A stretch of 62,989 bases of DNA, the filler included, from Platydemus manokwari (taxonomy: Eukaryota), in assembly GCA_037951405.1 (NCBI GenBank). It is 5 parts of 5 records of this genome, joined end to end, with 100 filler letters (N's around TTAATTAATTAA, not from the genome) between each part and the next. Parts side by side here need not be neighbours in the genome. Positions count along the whole stretch, not along the records: positions 37,696 to 50,124 come from JBBMOY010140010.1; positions 50,225 to 62,989 come from JBBMOY011972489.1; 3 more parts are not named here. The stretch is one strand, 5' to 3'. This document shows positions 45,871 through 58,060 of this stretch, piece by piece. Within the stretch, counting starts at the first letter, position 1. Every line of letters begins with the position of its first letter. The notes under the pieces are model-generated. The model made no database searches. It had not been told where the DNA came from and was given only the letters and a program-made list of their open reading frames with translations. The position numbers and the translations under genes were made by a program.

Positions 45871-47649
45871 GAATAGCTCTAAAATATAAATAAAATAAGG
45901 AGGTTGAATAAAAACAATTTTCGAAAATTTTATTAAATCAAAGCATCGCTGAATTTTTTACACCTTTGTTCACAATCAGGAAAAACAACAAATAGCGATG
46001 GAAGAAGGAAATCAAAAGTTAAAAGGTATTAAAAATAAGAAAGAAAATATAAAAAATCTACAGATGTTAATCCAAAGAAACTTATTCAAGCGAATAAACT
46101 GAAACATATACATTAAGATTCTTTTGAGAAATATTATCCTGGAGTTCACATATTCCATCTTTAGAATAGAAGATATTAAATGGTATTAACTTTTTATCAA
46201 TAAAAATTATTAACTATTGAATTATATAGTTCAACCAACGGAGCTAATATTCCATTAACCAATGATTTGATGGCTTTAATACTTGGAGATATAAATGATA
46301 AACAATAAGCACATAGAGATATTGAAATTTACTCTAAAGTGTTAAAGAAAGCCGGAATTTCATCATAACAATTTGGAAGCATAAATTACTTCAAATATTT
46401 TAGAGATAAAAAAACATTATCGATAGGAATAAGGATCTAACACCTATTGGCGAAAAGCAGGATAATAGAAATATTGAAACTAAGAAATATGAACGAAAAC
46501 AACAGATCTAAATCTTTATAATTTTCAGCCAAATAATCATTTATCAGTAAGTTGCATCACCACTGTTTGTATCAAACCGTTTTTGGTAACAAGGAGTTTC
46601 GAGTGTTAATGATCGGTATTTGGGGAAAACAATTTATACTTCATAAATTAAATAATCAAAAATATTTAAAATTAGACAATGAAACTAATATTCCATCAAC
46701 AAAGAATTTAATGAATTTATGATCTGGAATGATAGATGATGGAGATAATGATCGAATAAACCACAAACAAAGGAAAAAACAAAATTTAAAGATGATGAAC
46801 AATTAAAACCTGAAGATATTGTCTATTAAAATGCTGAAAAAAGTGGGAATGGAAAATAAAGTTAGCTGTCGAATAGCTATTGAATACTGAAGTACTCCGG
46901 ATTAATTAGGTTTCGAAAACTATAAATTAAAATTAAGTTGCAATAAACTTAGAATAGATAATTTTATGAATGAATAGACTTTTTTGAAGAATTATTGTTT
47001 CATTATAGTAAATTAAAACATAAATGAAGTAGATGAAGTAGATTCGATAACAGTTCAAAATATTCAATATTTTTTAGTGTTGGAATAGTGTGAATTGTGT
47101 CAGCTATTTTGCCTGCTCTTTCTGGAATTGGAATTTTTCCAGTAATTACCTTACACTGTGGTGAAGGAATTAGTTTACTATTTTATTATCTGAGTCATCA
47201 TCTGAATCAAAGAAATAATCATAGAAATATCTTTATAGCCATCATCTGAGGGTAGTTATTAATTAGAATCAGTTTCATTTATTAAACCACACACATCAAT
47301 CATAATATTATCATTTGTAAAGGTTATACATGGAAAAACACACACGAACATCTGAAAAATCTGCACATAAAGACGAATAATAAATTGTATACGTATATAA
47401 TATTCTTTCCATATCTTTATCCCAAATATGAGCAAATAAAATGAGTACTTTATTAATTAAATATATAGTTTCAGCTCTAAATAATTCTGTATGAACCATT
47501 GTTAATTTTAATTACCATTTAAATATAAACTCGCGAAAAGATGATAATATCTTAATTAATTTATGGGGATCGATTATTAAATATTTCTTAACTTCATTCG
47601 AAGGAATTTCATTCTATTTTAATTATTTTTTATGTTTATTTTTTTAAAG

Positions 47650-48350
47650 AATCATAAATCTTTAACACATCATCAAGAATTAAATCTGCATTTTTATCGA
47701 AATCTTATTTACATTAAAATTAAAAAGTTCTTTTTCTAGAATTTTACTTAACAATTCAAAATGTATTAAATCGCTATCCCTATTATCTTAAACAAAACAA
47801 TGAAATCTGAATTATTTCTGATTTTCTTTGCTTAAATCAAACTTTATGATAGATAAGTAAAATAACAATTATTATGTCTTCCTTCTGTATAATAAGCGGA
47901 CATTATTTTTTGATTTTTTTCAGTTATGAAATCATCAGATATTATCGATTTTTTAGTTTTATTTAAATCAGAAGGATTCACAATTTTATCACATTTAGAT
48001 TTCATGGTCATAGTTATATAAGATATTTCGAGAAACCAATCTTTTCGACCGTGTTCTCCCCGAACAAAATTCCCGCATAAAGTACACAGAATTCTCTAAT
48101 AACTGAATCTTTTTCAAAATGATCTTGTCCCTCCAATATTTGTATTATACTTTCTTTTGATAATTCATTTTAAAATCCATATTATAAAATTTGATAAAAA
48201 GTTTTTGAAAACATTATTAGGTTTTCATAGACTAAAATTCCTGGTGTTAATAACATTTATAAACGTAAATTAGTGTTACCACAACCAGAACTCCTGACAA
48301 TTAACATTTTAAAAGAAGAAGGTATATTTTCATAATTATCAAATATTATT
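47650..48350 (-). pseudogene. Polinton A32-like DNA packaging ATPase
   Basis: NIPSSFKMLIVRSSGCGNTNL..MLLTPGILVYENLIMFSKT (degenerate Walker A), then NPSDLNKTKKS.ISDD (Walker B), YYT.G.HNNC and IRNNSDFIVLF, which are typical Polinton ATPase motifs. Confidence 0.88.
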
Positions 48351-48672
48351 TTATTTTGGTTCCAGGAAAACCCCAATTTTTAAGTAGAAAGGTGAGTAAA
48401 ATTGGAAAGCCAAGAACCGAAGGTTACATTTGGTGAGATAGATAATAAAGAAATTTCAAGATCTAATAAATCAAAACATGAAAATACCAAGAGTCACACA
48501 TACGAGTACTAGTTCAAATGGTACGAGTACGAATCGTAAGTAGGAATCTTACGAAATTAAGATGTTTTAATTTTAAAGGAAGTTACTTTGCAAAGCTGAC
48601 ATCCAGATTGGTGACCTCCAACTAGCAATTACATGTAATAAGTTTTCAAATAAATTTTCTGCTGATTGTCAT

Positions 48673-49046
48673 AATGGAGAATTTCATTCAAAAAATATGA
48701 ATCCATTTAATAAAATTAATCTTGTTCATAATTTCACTGAACCTGGTGCAAATCTTCAAAATTATTTACAGAATTATGATAAAATTATTAATAATTATAA
48801 CAAAACGGGATATTCCAATTAGATATTTCACCAATTGCTAAAGAAGAATATCAATCTGTTAATAGAATGAATGAAATAGCTATGCATCATAATATTGATT
48901 ATATTTCGGCAGATTTACAGGATGGACATGTTGCTGATTTGAAAATGATTTACAGTATGAATAATATTGCCAATCCTATCTTTAGAGAAAAAGTAGAAAG
49001 ATTTTTAATTAAAAGTATTATGAAAGGAAAAATAGTCATTGGTTAA
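48673..49046 (+). pseudogene. Polinton parvovirus-type phospholipase A2 domain gene (PLA2X-like)
   Basis: GEFH...HNFTEPGANL (cf. YxGPG calcium loop), VNRMNEIAMHHNIDY (cf. DxxAxxHDxxY), HVADLKMI, NP.FREKVER..IK.IMKGK..IG. Confidence 0.8.
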
Positions 49047-49203
49047 GGATTCAGAGAAACAAAATCATAATCTAGATGAAAACTTGTTAGAAAACCAAAA
49101 ATTTTATCAATTGAGAAAATCTTTGAATACCCAGATGATGATATATTCCGTAAAGGAGAACTTATCGATGAAGGCAACCACTCCTTACGAGATGAGATTC
49201 TTG

Positions 49204-49390
49204 AGCTCAAGAATTACATCATGAACATAAGAAAAATAAAAAAATTTATAAATAAACATATTTGAAAAAGATAACACTTATAGTGAGGTTTAGTTGTTAT
49301 GTCTGAAAAATTAACTGATAGATTTAAATGTATTTTAGGTGTTATGAACTTGTGTACAAGATATGGTTGGTGTATTCCTTTGAGGCGTTG
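49204..49390 (+). pseudogene. Polinton integrase, N-terminal fragment
   Basis: AQELHHEHKKN...DNTYS...RFKCILGVMNLCTRYGWCIPLR (cf. ELHKP..W.ADL..YILTVID.FS.YAW..PLK). Truncated after PLR. Confidence 0.78.
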
Positions 49391-51173
49391 GGAAACCATA
49401 GGCCGACTAGTGCTCTACTCGGTTGATGAGGAGAGCGAAGATAAAAAGCTTTCCATCACTATCAAGTTCATACGGTCCATGAAAGAGTAAAATACCCAAA
49501 ATAAAGCCCTACGAAAATATCTTAATCCTAAACAACACAATTAATATCACAAATATCCAAAACAGTAGACAAACAGGTCATAAGGAGCTAGAGTTCAAGA
49601 AGCCGATAGAGATCCACATCACCAACCGATAGTGGAAAACATTTGGAAATGAGAGCTGGGGCGTGGATATAACGTTTGAAGTCAGTGAAAGACTCAAATA
49701 TATGCTTGTGATATAGCTTCAATCTAATTGCTTCATACTGTTTATTCTATCTGTTAATCAACTATCGCAAAGTCTACATACCCCAATATTCACCCAATCT
49801 TCAATTCAAAAATCTTAAAGAAACATGTGTGAATATTCAATTTGTGAAGATCTAACATACAATTTTGACTCTTTTGATTTTAACTTTCATTTTTAACAAG
49901 TGACTATCTTATGGAGAACCAATTATCTATAAAGAATGGATTACTTTTTGTAAGTTGTGCAAAAATTATTTTTATTTATATAAATTCCGAAATAAATTTA
50001 ATCCAAATAATCTTTTAAGAAAATAGACAAAATATAAGAAAGAATAAAAGAAAAATTAGTTAATAATAAAATATGGAAATTTTTATATTTGGATTAAAAA
50101 TGAAGACAAATTAGAAATAAATTTNNNNNNNNNNNNNNNNNNNNNNNNNNNNNNNNNNNNNNNNNNNNTTAATTAATTAANNNNNNNNNNNNNNNNNNNN
50201 NNNNNNNNNNNNNNNNNNNNNNNNGGAGAAAAGGAGAACAAAAAATAATTACTGGATAACGTTATCTAACGAAATATTTTGTAAATGTTGTAGAGTTTGT
50301 ATTTCAAATATTAACAATATTTAAAATTAAAGAAATGATTAAGAATGAATATTTAAATTTTAAAATGTATTTTCTTGTGTTGACTTTCTCAGATTCTTTT
50401 AAAATTCATTATTAATCAAACCTAGCAACTACCATCCTTCATATTGATGTTTCATGAATTTTGTTAAAAAATATTCTTAATTCCAATATGGCTGGGAAAT
50501 TTAAATTCAGATTCGATTGTAACACGAGTCAATTGAAATGAAATATTATGATTTTCTTAATGATTAATTTTCAACATTAAAATCTAATTTTACAATACCT
50601 TTGTCTCATCAAAGTCTATTATTTTCGTACGAGTTCTAAACAATAGACAATTTCTTGTAGTTCTTAACTATTAATTCCAGTTGTTAGGATTGATCGAAAT
50701 TATTTTATCTCGAATAAATAACATGCAACTATTAATTACTTAAAAATTATGATTTTTCAATATTTTAAAAAATGTTTAATGTTTTCAAAGATTTCATTTA
50801 CATAGCTTTGTTAAATTTTACAAAACACTTTTTATTTTTGATTAATTTTTATGCTTATTCTGAATTATTAAAGAAATAATTTAAAATCTTTTTCAAAAAA
50901 TAGAGTTGTTTATTTATTTATTACCAGTTTTATTTAAATTTTATTTAATAATTGATTTAGTAGCAGATTAGTGAAAGAATTAATTTAATTGGATTGTTGA
51001 TAAGTTGGAGCTAATCTAGTTATAGGCTGGGTCGAAATATTGCTTCAACGAATATCATTTTGACTTCACTTTCGTACATACGATTCCAATAAATTATTGC
51101 ACATGTTCTCCGACGCGTCTGTGCTTATTTCTGTAGTAACCACACCTAATTTATCAATACAGTTTAATAAATG

Positions 51174-52230
51174 TTGGATGATATTTTAGAGTATGGAAGA
51201 ACAGTAGTGGAACACAATGAAAAGCTCGACCAGGTTTACAAGTTGATTAAATCAGCATGTTTGAAAATCAATCCCGAAAAATGTTTTTTGGCACTAGAAA
51301 CTTGAATTTATTAGGTCGTATGGTTATTGCAGAAAGTATAGAAAGTTATAACTACAAAGTAAAGAAGATTAAGAACGCATTAATACCCGGTTGCGTAACC
51401 CAGTTGATGTTGTTCACTGTGCATTTTAAGCTTTATCTACTGGCAAAAAATTAGTAACTCTCACTAATCACAGGGCCCCTACATACATGAAGAAAACTAC
51501 CAAACCGATTAGCCCTCAGCTTCCAATATGGTTTGCATACTTATCCGGATTCAAAATCGAATTTTAATATCAGTAGGGATCAGATCATGGAAATGCGGAT
51601 GGACATTCATAATGCCTAATTCAGCACCTAGGTGCTGAAAGTCGGTTTTTAAATGTTGTCAAGCATTTCATTGTAAAAAATGACTAAGTAAGGAAGATTC
51701 AACATGAAGAAGATACAATCATTGATTTCATTCGAAAATGCTTACAGAAACCGTAAACAGGAGTCAATTCAGTGGTCAAAAAAGCAAATATTTTAACAGT
51801 TTAGAGAAATATGAATTATTTGCAGATATAGAGGTGTATAATGAGAATGGAAAGAAGCGAATTGTTGTACCAGAGGTTTATTCGCGGAAACTAACGAGAT
51901 ACTTTCATGAAGAGTTATGTCATATCGGTAATAAGAAATTGGTCGATTATTTTCAAAAGATTTACTTCTAGCTAAATATATCACGAAGCATCGAACAAGA
52001 GGTACATAATTGTGATATTTGTGATAAACGGAAATTAAAAGTTTATAACGGATTAAAAGTTTATAATTCCATATGAATAATTTGAACAGATTGTAGCTGA
52101 TGTTGACGCTTTGGGGGAATTTATAACTAAAACCAAGTAATTGTTGGTTATTGTGGATAGATTCAGCAAGCTACTAAGTTTAGTGCCACTTAGTCCTCAG
52201 GACGAGACTAGTATTTTCAGGTTTTTCATC
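51174..52230 (+). mobile_element. Ty3/Gypsy LTR retrotransposon pol remnant (RT-RNase H-integrase)
   Basis: RT: LDDILEYGRTVVEHNEKLDQV..LKINPEKCF/GTRNLNLLG. RNase H end: HFKLYL..TNHRA..W..YLSGF..HGNADG. Integrase: HEELCHIG...CDIC zinc finger and FEQIVADV..LLVIVDRFSK core. Domain order is Gypsy-type; multiple stops and frameshifts. Confidence 0.92.
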
Positions 52231-53039
52231 GATAAAGGATCCAAAATCAATTTACACTGAGAAAACAGACATCATCGAGGAATTCGTAGTAAGAAACTAT
52301 GAATGCTAATAACTTTTATTATTCCAAAGAAGAACATTATTTGATTACGAAAGTTCCTCATAAAATAGTGGGAGTCGATTTTCAATACCAGGAAACTTTT
52401 AGAGGATTAAATAAGAGCAAGGTGGTATTGATTGGTATAAGAGATGTACAATACATTAAAGAGGAGTAAAATACAAAGATAATATGATTAAACTGACTTT
52501 GAAAGTGGATCTTTTATTATTGGTAGCATCTTGAGTAATATCAATATTTTCGATATAAATATAATAATAATAATTATTATTATTATTATTAATGTTAATC
52601 TACTATAGTAATAATAATAATTGTGAGAAGTTATATTAAATTTAAATCAAATTTTTATAAAATATTTATTTTTTTGAATAATTTAATTAAAATATAATTT
52701 ACTATCGTGACTTTTCAGTTTGTTTTCAGTACTTGCTTTATAAATAAGTAGCGGCTCACAATAATAATAGTTTTATATTTTTAAGTAAACTAATACAGAC
52801 ATACCGCCAATCCATAATCAATTCATTCAACAGGACATCCTGAGTCCGATTATTATTAATCATACAGTAATTATAGAGTTTTATCCCAACCAATTACCCA
52901 GATCCCTACTGTATTTCTTGAACAAGGTGATTAGAGTGATATCAATCAATTCTTAATGATAGCAATAAGTCGAATCTATTGGAATTTCATTTTCTCTTAG
53001 GATTATTCTCCAACAAAATTCAAAGTGCGTGATCACACA

Positions 53040-54000
53040 AGCATACTCTTTCATGTACTTGCCGTTTGTTTAACACGCAAATGAAGTCAAAACGAGAATC
53101 GTTATATCACGGAGCATGGGTGTCTGGAAAGAAATATATTTCCATTCATATTATTCACTCAACAGGAAGTTGTTGGAATGAATTTCATTTTTCTCTTTTT
53201 TATGATGGTTGTCTGCTGGAAGTAGCAAGATCAACAATTATTGATTTTTCATTTATAATTTGATTGAAATTCATTTTCATATCGGAAATTTCATCTCATC
53301 GATTCAAACAACGAAATCAATAATTTATAAGTCTAATAATTAAAAAACATATTCAGATCACTGAAGAGAATAAAATCGAAATGGACATAAATTCGATACA
53401 GCAAATTGCTGGATTATATAAAAGAAATTATCATCTACAATCTTCTTGAAATGATTTTAACTTTATATTTATTGATTATTCTTGAAATGATTTAGTCTAT
53501 CGTGAATTATAACACTATATGAACGTAATACATCATTATCGTAAGCACTGAGAAATGAAACGCTGGAAATATTAAATGCGGTGGTCTACCGATAGAAAGT
53601 TTCGTAGTGCTCATCAGTAACAAATAATATATCGATTCCACTACTCGATAACCTGATAATTGGTAAATTAAAGCACACACTCATATCGCTCAAAATAATT
53701 ATCGCTTATCACTTACATCCCGAGGAACTGTTATCAATGGATTGATAATTCAAAAATCTTAATGAAAACACTCCAATTTCAATTGATAAGATAACTGAAA
53801 GTCATAATCGATAATTTGGCTCCATTATCACAACTATAAACTCAAAAAATTAAGATAAATTAAGGATTTACTCATTCAGTCAAAATGACAAATTAATGAA
53901 ATCGTTTCTCTCAACTAATCCTACTGTTTCAAGAACTCTATCTACTTTCAAAAGTCAATAATTGATTCTCTATAATTACATCTCGCAAAGGGGGATTCCA
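53040..54000 (+). pseudogene. NACHT/STAND NTPase-like remnant
   Basis: LYHGAWVSGKKYISIHII..WNEFHFSLFY (Walker A region), CWII*, YIIIVST, SIPLLDNLII, YSFSQND.LMKSFL. Confidence 0.4.
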
Positions 54001-56120
54001 CTCAATACCTCTTGTATTACTGTCGTACTGTTTTTTAAGCAATTTAATTCTTAAATTACTGTGATTTTGTAGATTAAAGGAAATGAAATAGATTTGGATA
54101 AAAAATTACTGCTCCAAAACTTTTATTAAAAAAAATATTCAAATTTGTTTTTCAGTATTATTTTAATTTGGGCATTGATAAATCGATAATATTCGCCACT
54201 TACTGATAATTTGAAATTGTTGTATTTATATGATAATATTAAAACAAGTGGATTTCCAGTTAAATTACGATTCAAGATAGTTTTAATTGCAATAGAAGTA
54301 TTCTCAAATATGATTGGCTAAACTGTGAAATTAACTTCATTTAATTATTTATTTGTTAGAATTTTAAAATTCTATAAAACTATTATCTTATTAATCTGTC
54401 AATCCATAAACGGTAAAAATATTGCTTAGACTTTGCAGTCAATTATTGCAGATTAAATGAAGGTTAAATAGAGAGCATTGTTAGCAGAAACTACATCAAT
54501 TAAATTATCAGAATTATCAATTTCATTTATTAAAAAATGTATGTTATTGAACACATTATTTAAACAAATTTCTAAAGAGTTTATAATAGTATCCATCCCG
54601 ATCAGAATTTAAATTTTATTAATTACATATTTGATTTACTTAAAAGATTTCATAAATTTTTATTTTATTATGTTAAGATTTAATTTTTAAAGTAATTTTT
54701 TCAATATTTTTCACAGTTACAGGATCATTATTGAATATGCCTAATATCTTTTAAATGCAGTGCTCTGATAAATTCGCTGATTAAAATTAGAAACTTAATC
54801 ATCCGATTGATGGAGAATGGTATTATAATTATATCATTCAACGAAATCAAGAATAGTTAAATTGAAATTATCACAGTACCGATGCGTAGATAGGTTTTGA
54901 AAAGATGAATATCTGTTCTTTGAAAAAGTTTGTGATGGAAATATTTGATAAAATTCAAATCTATCATAACATTTCAATCATCAAAATCACCCACAGAATT
55001 AATAACTGTTAATGAGCTTTCTATTTCGTTAAAGATGGTGTAACGAATAATATTGCAATATATCACTGTTTTATAATATGATAATGCGAAAATTTTCGAT
55101 AGAATAAAAATTATGAGATACAGTTGTAATTACTGTTCACATGAAGAAAAATTAGTTGCTCTAATTATTTTTTGAAAAAATATATTAAATATTGATTATC
55201 TTGTTGCCACAAGTTTATATCGACTTTGCTGGTCGTGAATTCAATAACATCGTCTGTGAGGAAGTCAAATTTTATAACAAATTGGCAATGGTATAGTAAC
55301 GGATATAATATAATATAATTAAATATAATATATTAGCTGCTATTAACCCGTCAAATAAATAATTAAAAAATATATTTCATATCCCTAAAAAAGTATAGAA
55401 AGTTATTTTTCATTAAATTTAATATATTTAAATAATTTTCAAATTTTCTTTTTAGTCTTTGACTTTCTTAGCAATTTTTCTCAGTCGAATTCTCTATTTA
55501 TTTAATACATATATTTTATCCGGTGTTCTTTTATTATCCAATTTTCCAATTTTACAAATACTACTTTGACTATTTTAACTCAAAATACCACAATCAAAAC
55601 CCTGCTCGTGACGCCATGTGATAAAGATTAGTAAATATTAATATTTATTAATTCAAAAGATTGTACAAATATATAGTATTTAAACAAATACATATATACA
55701 TATATTACACCCAAGTAGTTGAAATTCATCTGAAATTCTTTGTTGCTTTCGATGACTTTTGTTGAAATTTTTGTCAATTCTATATTTTTCTGATATTCAT
55801 ATTCTCAAAATCGAAACCAAGATCGGTGTCACCACGTTGATTACCTCTTTTTCCATTAAATAAGATTTGAAAGCGAATTTTATAATTTCAAACCAAAAAT
55901 AAATTTCACAGCCCTAATTCAAATAATTATTTAAAGATCATTTATAGTTATAATAAAGATATATTTTTCATCAGAGCATATTATTTTAAAACTTTATGTA
56001 ACAATTTTGATTATAATGTAATGTAATATAATGTTACATTATTTAATTTTATTTTAAAACTCTCAGTTGTTTATTTAATTTAGAATGATAAATTTAAAAA
56101 TCAAACGAAAATTATAATTA

Positions 56121-56337
56121 CCGCATTTTCCGGACGATAAGGCGCACCTTAAAACAGATTTTTAGGATTAATTAAGGCTGGAATATTGAAAAAAAGATGG
56201 TGATGATGTTAACATAAGCGAATGTGACATTTTAGATGATGAAGATCATTAAATCTTGCTATACATTATTTATTTAATTTAATATATTAATCACTCAGCT
56301 CATAGTTAGGATGCGCCTTATAGTCCGCAAAATATGG
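56121..56337. mobile_element. 217 bp pogo/Tc2-type MITE
   Basis: TA|CCGCATTTTCCGGACGATAAGGCGCA ... TGCGCCTTATAGTCCGCAAAATATGG|TA. ~26 bp TIRs with TA target duplication. Confidence 0.85.
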
Positions 56338-56699
56338 TACTATAAAAATGAATTTTAGTATTTTTGTTGTTAGTTATTTTCATTCAAATATAACATTTTT
56401 ACTGAAAACATGAAATTATTTCGGCTGATACTTTCTTCGGTGTATCATCTCAATCGGCTTCATGATAATTTTAATTTTTATGGATTTCCCGCCATTTAAT
56501 TAAATTCTATCCGAGAAATTAATTTATCATTAATACAACATATCAGAGCTCAATTCGACATTCTCCATTTGTAATATTGTTTGGACGACTAATTAATATG
56601 CATGGCTTATGATTAAATGAACCAAGCCATCACGACCAGATCATCAAAGGAACGGAAAACCGACTAAAATCAGTAGCCACAAACTTAAGGAAATTCGAT

Positions 56700-57200
56700 G
56701 TTTAAAAAAAGAGGTTGTAGAATTATCGCGGTTGAAGGAGACGTTTTAGTGAAGAATGAACTACACAGAATTAAGAAGAATGAAGAATGTTATGAAGTTC
56801 CTCAAAGAATTTTACAATTTTTAGGCCCACGTCAAGTGCTTTTTGTTTTCCAGTGACAGCAAAAACCTCGAAGAATTAAGTAACACCGGAAGAGGGAAGT
56901 TAAATAAAAATGAGATTTGTTTAAATATTCGAAAAAACGTACGTGATTTTAAAATAATAATTTTTGATGGAATCCAATGATGTTTTGTTATAAATATTTA
57001 TATCATGTTATACAATCATCGATGACATTTCAACTCTTAAAAGTTGCTCATATTAGAAAACATCTCTGAAGAAAACTATTCAAAGAAGATCAAAATCTGT
57101 ACATTGTCCCGAGATATGTAATAAATATAAATTGAAAGATTGATTTCACAATTCGGAATCAGTGGAGTAACTAAATTTTTATAATCAGACTGCGCACAGT
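56700..57200 (+). pseudogene. NACHT/STAND NTPase-like remnant
   Basis: RIIAVEGDVLVKNEL, KIIIFDGIQ* at 56951-56980, KIKICTLSR and FGISGV occur in NACHT order. Confidence 0.4.
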
Positions 57201-57966
57201 GTAAATATTAAGGAAACAATTATATTGCAAGTCAAGATGAAGATACAAAATAGTAGCCTCGATGAAAAATACTGCATACAGTTTTTATTTCTAGTGATCA
57301 ACAATTAAATATCAAAGAAAATAAATTTTTAATAAATCGGAAATCGTCAAATTTCTTTTATTAAACAGATCTATGAATATTTTATCGCATCTTCTTCAGT
57401 TTCAATGTGACAAATTCGATTGGATAATATATCAGGCTGGATATAATTAAAGATTAATCTCTCTCTTTAAGTTTTAAATAGGCGATATCGGAAACGAAAT
57501 ATTGATGATGATGAAACACGGAAGAAATTGTATAAAGACAGCTGCAACTTACTCTTGAACTCTCGATGATATTTAGTTTATTTTTGGATGAATTTCATGT
57601 GTGTATAATGGCATTGTTTGTGGATCATATGATTCCCCGATCAATTCCGCTGCATTTTAAAAAATATATTAAAAGTACAAATTATTACAAATAAATCTCA
57701 ATTTTACGATTCACTCTGAGTAAGGTTTGACTCCTATTTGATCGATTTCACTATATTTTCTTGTATTCAAAATTAAAAAGTATAAAAATTAAGAAATGCC
57801 ATGAGAATAAGTGTAAGAAATATGATCATTAAGCCCTTAAATTAATGATCACAATCATGCTATATAATGACAGCGGCAAGAGTGAAACAATAAAAATTTT
57901 AATGTTAATAATTTGGTAGAACAGGATTGATGCTTTTTTCGATTAATTGAGAAATTTTATGAAAGC

Positions 57967-58060
57967 AATGGTAATAATAACATTAGTAATAATAATAATG
58001 ATAATAATGATAATAATAATAATGATAATAATAATAATAATAATAATTATTATTATTATT
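57967..58060. repeat. Imperfect (AAT/GAT)n microsatellite
   Basis: Direct reading; a similar tract lies at ~61025-61140. Confidence 0.85.

Larger units (their letters stand above)
45380..49390. mobile_element. Decayed Polinton/Maverick (adintovirus-like) element
   Basis: Co-located remnants of a packaging ATPase (-), a PLA2-domain gene (+), a retroviral-type integrase (+) and a probable pPolB C-terminus (+). No TIR recognised; boundaries approximate. Confidence 0.85.

Noticed and set aside
55330-55850. Non-autonomous Helitron-like element
   Set aside because: Only vague terminal resemblance; no clear hairpin plus CTRR end and no second copy in the window.
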